From assembly GCF_000143415.4 (NCBI RefSeq), contig NW_003314269.1, positions 1,158,623-1,222,622 on the forward strand: DNA of 64,000 bases, read 5' to 3'. Shown piece by piece: positions 59,404 to 64,000 of the stretch. Positions within the stretch are counted from its first letter, which is position 1. Each line of letters begins with the position of its first letter. The notes beneath the pieces are model-generated. The model did not search any database. It worked only from the letters and a program-made list of their open reading frames with translations, and had not been told where the DNA came from. The DNA is from Selaginella moellendorffii. Taxonomy: Eukaryota; Plantae; Lycopodiophyta. The position numbers and the translations under genes were made by a program.

Positions 59404-60433
59404 AATAGCTATTGTCTTGGTTTCGCTCACTTGGTTTTGTAGCTCTCTCGTGTATAGAGAAAACCTCCCAGACGTACATATATGAGTCCATTTTTCACGC
59501 CATTGTCTTGCAATTGCGGTATAATTATTGCTATTTTCCAGAAAAGCGTTTAATTTAAATTAAAAAAACCAACGGTTAAAAACATCATATAAATCTTGAC
59601 CGTTAAAAGAGCACAAAACAGAGAATGTTCTTAAAGCCCACTAAACATTATTGTTTTGATTGCGAAACCAAGTAAGTTGGCGTAACAAACAAAGCGACTG
59701 TTGGAGTTAGAAACCGAGGGGCTGTTTTGTTAGGTAGCTCGTCATCACTAAACGCACTCTACATAGACAGCTACCACAATGGAATAATTCCCTCCACAAT
59801 CTCTCCAGGTGCAAGCAAGGATTGCTTGAAAAGCCAGCCAGTTCATCCAAAAATCTATCAATCTTACCATCAAACTTTGGGAATAAAAAACTTAGAACTC
59901 CAAGCTGAGTGTAAGAATGACCAAAGCAAAGCACGTCTCTACAACAATAAACCTCGATCAATATAATACTCAAACCTAACCACGATCGCACGTTGCGCTC
60001 ACCGCAAAGTCAAGGTAGAAACACGTGGCACATCGTGGTTGGGTGGAGGCGCCCTGAGCTGGCGGGCAGCACGTCAAGTATGAGTGAGGGGTTTATTTGT
60101 TTTTTCGCCGGAGAGAAGAAGCTTCTTCTTTCCGCGTGTTCCCAATTCTGACCGGTGCTCGTCACAGCCAGCTATGGCGGAGGCGCCGAGCTGGGCTGGG
60201 CTGGCGTCGACGCTCTGCGATTGCAAGAAATTTCGGTAAGCTGAGCGGCATTCCTTGACTTCTTTCCAAGATCGTCCAGCGTCTTGCTGGAGATATTTCG
60301 ATCGGGCAAAGCGTGCGTTACAGGTCGCAAGAATCGCCGCCGCCACACTTTCTTGGCAAGATTCTAGCCGCATTGCGTCGATTGCCGGCCGGGCACGCCA
60401 ATTTCTGGTCAGCGCCGCGATCGATCGATCGCC

Positions 60434-62590
60434 ATGTACCATAATTCATGGGGCGGCCCCCTGGAGCTGGATCCTTCCGTGAACGAGGAGGATCAGAGCA
60501 ACAGGAGCATGGATTTGGACAGGGCGGCCTTGCAGAAGCTGGAGGAGACGCAGCAGAGCTGGCTTCTCGGGGCCGGGGAGAAGAAAAGGAAGAAAACGAT
60601 CGATCTGGGATGCATCGTTTGTAGCCAGAAGCTCTTCCTCGGGATCGTCTACGCCATCCTCGCGGTGGGATTCATCGCCGGATTCACGGTTCTCATCGTC
60701 AAGACAGCTCCCAGGCACCACCGCCATTCGTCCCCTCCGGACAACTACACGATCGCTCTACACAAAGCTCTCAAGTTTTTCAACGCCCAAAAATGTGAGT
60801 ATACCCTTTTCTTCTTTTGGCTTTCTAGGAGGAGGAAGTTTGAAGTTGTTTTCTTCTTCCAGCTGGGAAACTCCCGCATGGGAACAACATCTCGTACCGA
60901 GGTGACTCGGGTCTTAAGGATGGATCGGACAACCAGGCCGATTTGGTTGGAGGATACTACGACGCCGGCGACAATATCAAGTTCCACTTTCCACAGGCGT
61001 TCGCTATGACGCTGCTAAGTTGGAGCGTGATTGAGTACAGTAGCAAGTATGAGGCGGTGGGCGAGCTCGGTCACGTTAAAGACTTGATTAAATGGGGGAC
61101 TGACTATCTGCTCAAGACGTTTAATGCCTCTGCGCCAAGCGTGAATTCGATCTATGCTCAGGTATGGTTGTTAAGTTGAAAGAGCTGTCAAGAGAAAAGT
61201 GTTTTTCTTTTCTTTTTCTGACCAGGTAGGCAAGGGACGTGGGGATTCTCCTGATGATCATTTCTGCTGGGAGAGGCCAGAGGACATGGACTACCCGCGG
61301 CCATCGATGCAGACTGGCACGGCATCAGACTTGGCTGCGGAAATGGCAGCCGCCTTGGCCGCGGCATCTATAGTTTTTAAAGGAAACAGTGCTTACTCCC
61401 AGAAGCTGGTTCACGGTGCGGACATCTTGTTCAAGATGTCCAGGGATCGACGCGGTCGCTACAGTGCAAGCGTGCCTGATGCAGCGGGATTTTACAACTC
61501 GAGTGGATACTACGACGAGTATTTGTGGGGTGGAGCTTGGCTGTACTACGCAACGGGAAATATCAGCTACCTCCAACTTGTGACAACTTATGGAATAGGA
61601 CGGCATGCCGGGGCATACAGCAACAGCCAGTTTTATGGAGTTTTCAATTGGGACAACAAACTTATCGGTGCTCAGGTATGTACACTCTAGTTTTTTTCGT
61701 TTTGGTCTGTTTTTGTTCTTTTTGAGCAAGTCGACTTGAAATACAAAACTCCGGAATGTACAGGTGTTGCTAACCAGACTAAGGATGCTCCAGGGTCCTG
61801 GATATCCATATGAAACCGTCCTTAAGAGCTTTCACAATCAGACAGACATCGTTATGTGCTCGTACTTGCCAGTGTATAAAATATTTCCAAAGACGCCAGG
61901 TACATCCCAGCAAACAGAAAAGAATCTATATAATCAGTTCCATAACTCGCATTTTCCAGGAGGACTCGTGCTCTTCAACAGAGGCGGCCCGGCACCATTG
62001 CAATACTCCGTCAATGCTGCATTCCTAGCGACGCTTTACAGTGACTACTTACTGGCGGCGGACATTCCTGGCTGGTCATGCGGTCCGCAGCTCTACAAGG
62101 CTGACAAGCTACGCGAATTTGCAAAGTCTCAGGCAAGCATCGATAGTTTCCCAGTTTTCCTTCGAGTTATAACTAGTTTCCTATCCAGATGGACTACATT
62201 CTCGGGAAGAACCCACGGCATATGAGCTACGTTGTGGGATTCGGCAACAAGTATCCCAAGTACGTCCACCACCGAGCAGCATCGGTTCCCAAGAATCGCA
62301 AGACTGCTTGCGATGTGTCTGGATTCAAGTGGAGGGATAGCAAGCAGCCCAATCCCAATGTTATCGATGGCGCTCTAGTCGGGGGCCCCGATCCCAAGGA
62401 CAGGTTCCAAGACAAGAGAGGGAACTACAACTTCACGGAGCCGACCATCGCTGGAAATGCGGGTTTAGTCGCAGCTTTGATCGCACTCTCTGGCAAAGAC
62501 GACGCTGGTATTGATGCAATGACGATATTTTCTGCGATACCTCCTATGTTTCCAGCTCCACCACCACCCTCCCCTCCATGGACTCCATAG
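60434..62590 (+). CDS. KOR1: Membrane-anchored endo-1,4-beta-glucanase (GH9 class A), KORRIGAN-like
   Basis: N-terminal [16 protein letters not shown] and a TM helix; [31 protein letters not shown]; C-terminal [10 protein letters not shown]. Confidence 0.93.
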
Positions 62591-62782
62591 ATTTTATATA
62601 TTTCATTTTTTCGATTGAACTAATATTTTAGTTCGCATTAATAATATATCTAGCATCAAACACTATTTCTAGCTGCTGTAGCATTAAAAATATTGTGAAC
62701 CGTAAAAAAATTATATTATATATGGTTTATTATCGTTTTATATAAATCAGAAAATATAGTTCAATATTTGTCAAAAGTCAAA

Positions 62783-64000
62783 ATGTTTAAGTTAGCTGCA
62801 ACTGTTCTTGTGTTGAGTTTGATCTTCGTTCCATGCATTGTCTGCGACGAGAGACATCAATCCGTGATAAATGCTGACAATCATCCAATTTATATTTTTG
62901 TTGATCCAAATTATACTTCTGATGCTAACAGTCCAATGCGTGCTTATACCTTCCAAAATATTAGCTCTGCAATCGATTGGATTCCTTATAATGCATCAAA
63001 TCGATTTGTGATTTTGGTTGAGCCAGGTGTCTACCGGTACGTAATATTTGTCATTATATTATGTTTTCTGATTTTTTTTTGTTTCTGGAATGCAGTGAAA
63101 AGATCACAATACCAAAATTTAAAGATTATATCACATTGCAAGGCCAAACCAAGTATATATTTGATACTGTGATTGTTTATAATGCAAATCATGGATCAGC
63201 TAATGGAACTGGTAAAAGTGCAACTTTTGAAGTATTTTCTAGATATTTTATTGCTCAATACATCACCTTCCAAGTAAGTCATTTCTATAGTTTCCTCTTT
63301 TATAATTTTTGGTTTGATGTTTTGGTAGAACGATGCACCATTCGCAAATCCAGGAGCCCATGACATGCAAGCCGTGGCCTTGAAATTAAGTGGCGATTTT
63401 GCAAGGATTTCTGATTGCTTCATCCTGTCAAGCCAGGACACCCTCTACGACGATCGTGGGAGGCACTACTTCAAGAACACATACATCGAGGGGAACATCG
63501 ATTTCATATTTGGCCTTGGAAGGTCACTCTACGAGGTAAGGAAAACTTTGTCTTTCAGTTCCTACACTACAACTCTCTTCTCCCCTCGCACAGAGATGTA
63601 ATCTCATCTCGAATGTCAATGCCACAACCAGTGGATCCTTGACGGCACAAGGAAAAGCCGCGCTCACTAATTTCACTTCTGGGTACTCCTTCCACAATTG
63701 CTATCTTGGTGGGACTGGAAAGATGACGCTGGGCCGACCTTGGGGGAGCAACGCATTTGTGGTTTTTAGCAATTGTTACATGGAGGCAGTGGTAGATCCC
63801 GTTGGCTGGACTCACTGGACTGATTCTTACGGCCCATCCAACAGGTAAATTATAGTAACTTCACACCTGTTTACTAACTTTTTTTTATCGCTCTCTTACA
63901 GCACTGCCTTTTTCGTGGAGTATCAAAATTACGGTCCCGGTGCTCATTCGTTGAAACGCGCAAACTGGACCAGAACGATAAAGCCAGACGTTGCTGAATT
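62783..64000 (+). CDS. Pectin methylesterase (CE8, no PMEI pro-domain); runs off the window end
   Basis: Signal peptide, GVYREKI-like exon junction, QAVAL, QDTLYD, DFIFG, LGRPW, EYQNYGPGA. Confidence 0.92.

Overview
Eukaryotic nuclear DNA from a compact land-plant genome: introns of about 50-70 bp, very short intergenic spacers and intronless PLS-class PPR genes, most consistent with a lycophyte such as Selaginella (inference). The left 39.6 kb is a rearranged accessory zone. It holds four copies (two direct, two inverted) of a module made of a PPR gene, a divergent orphan ORF, a tRNA-Pro and (in three copies) a PPR fragment. It also holds a 5S-rRNA-carrying Cassandra-like TRIM, a second TRIM, several Ty3/gypsy remnants, and a single-copy core (intact PPR, PUX10-like UBX gene, FPGS). 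The right 24 kb is ordinary gene-dense sequence: NAP1, TPP2, a small HSP, ALA3-like flippase, KORRIGAN-like cellulase and a pectin methylesterase. It also contains three small spliced genes missed by the ORF track. Two of these, tandem CMC4/MTCP1-like twin-Cx9C genes, are packed so tightly behind TPP2 (45 bp and 107 bp spacers) that a polycistronic or read-through unit is plausible. All homology calls are from recalled motifs, not database searches.
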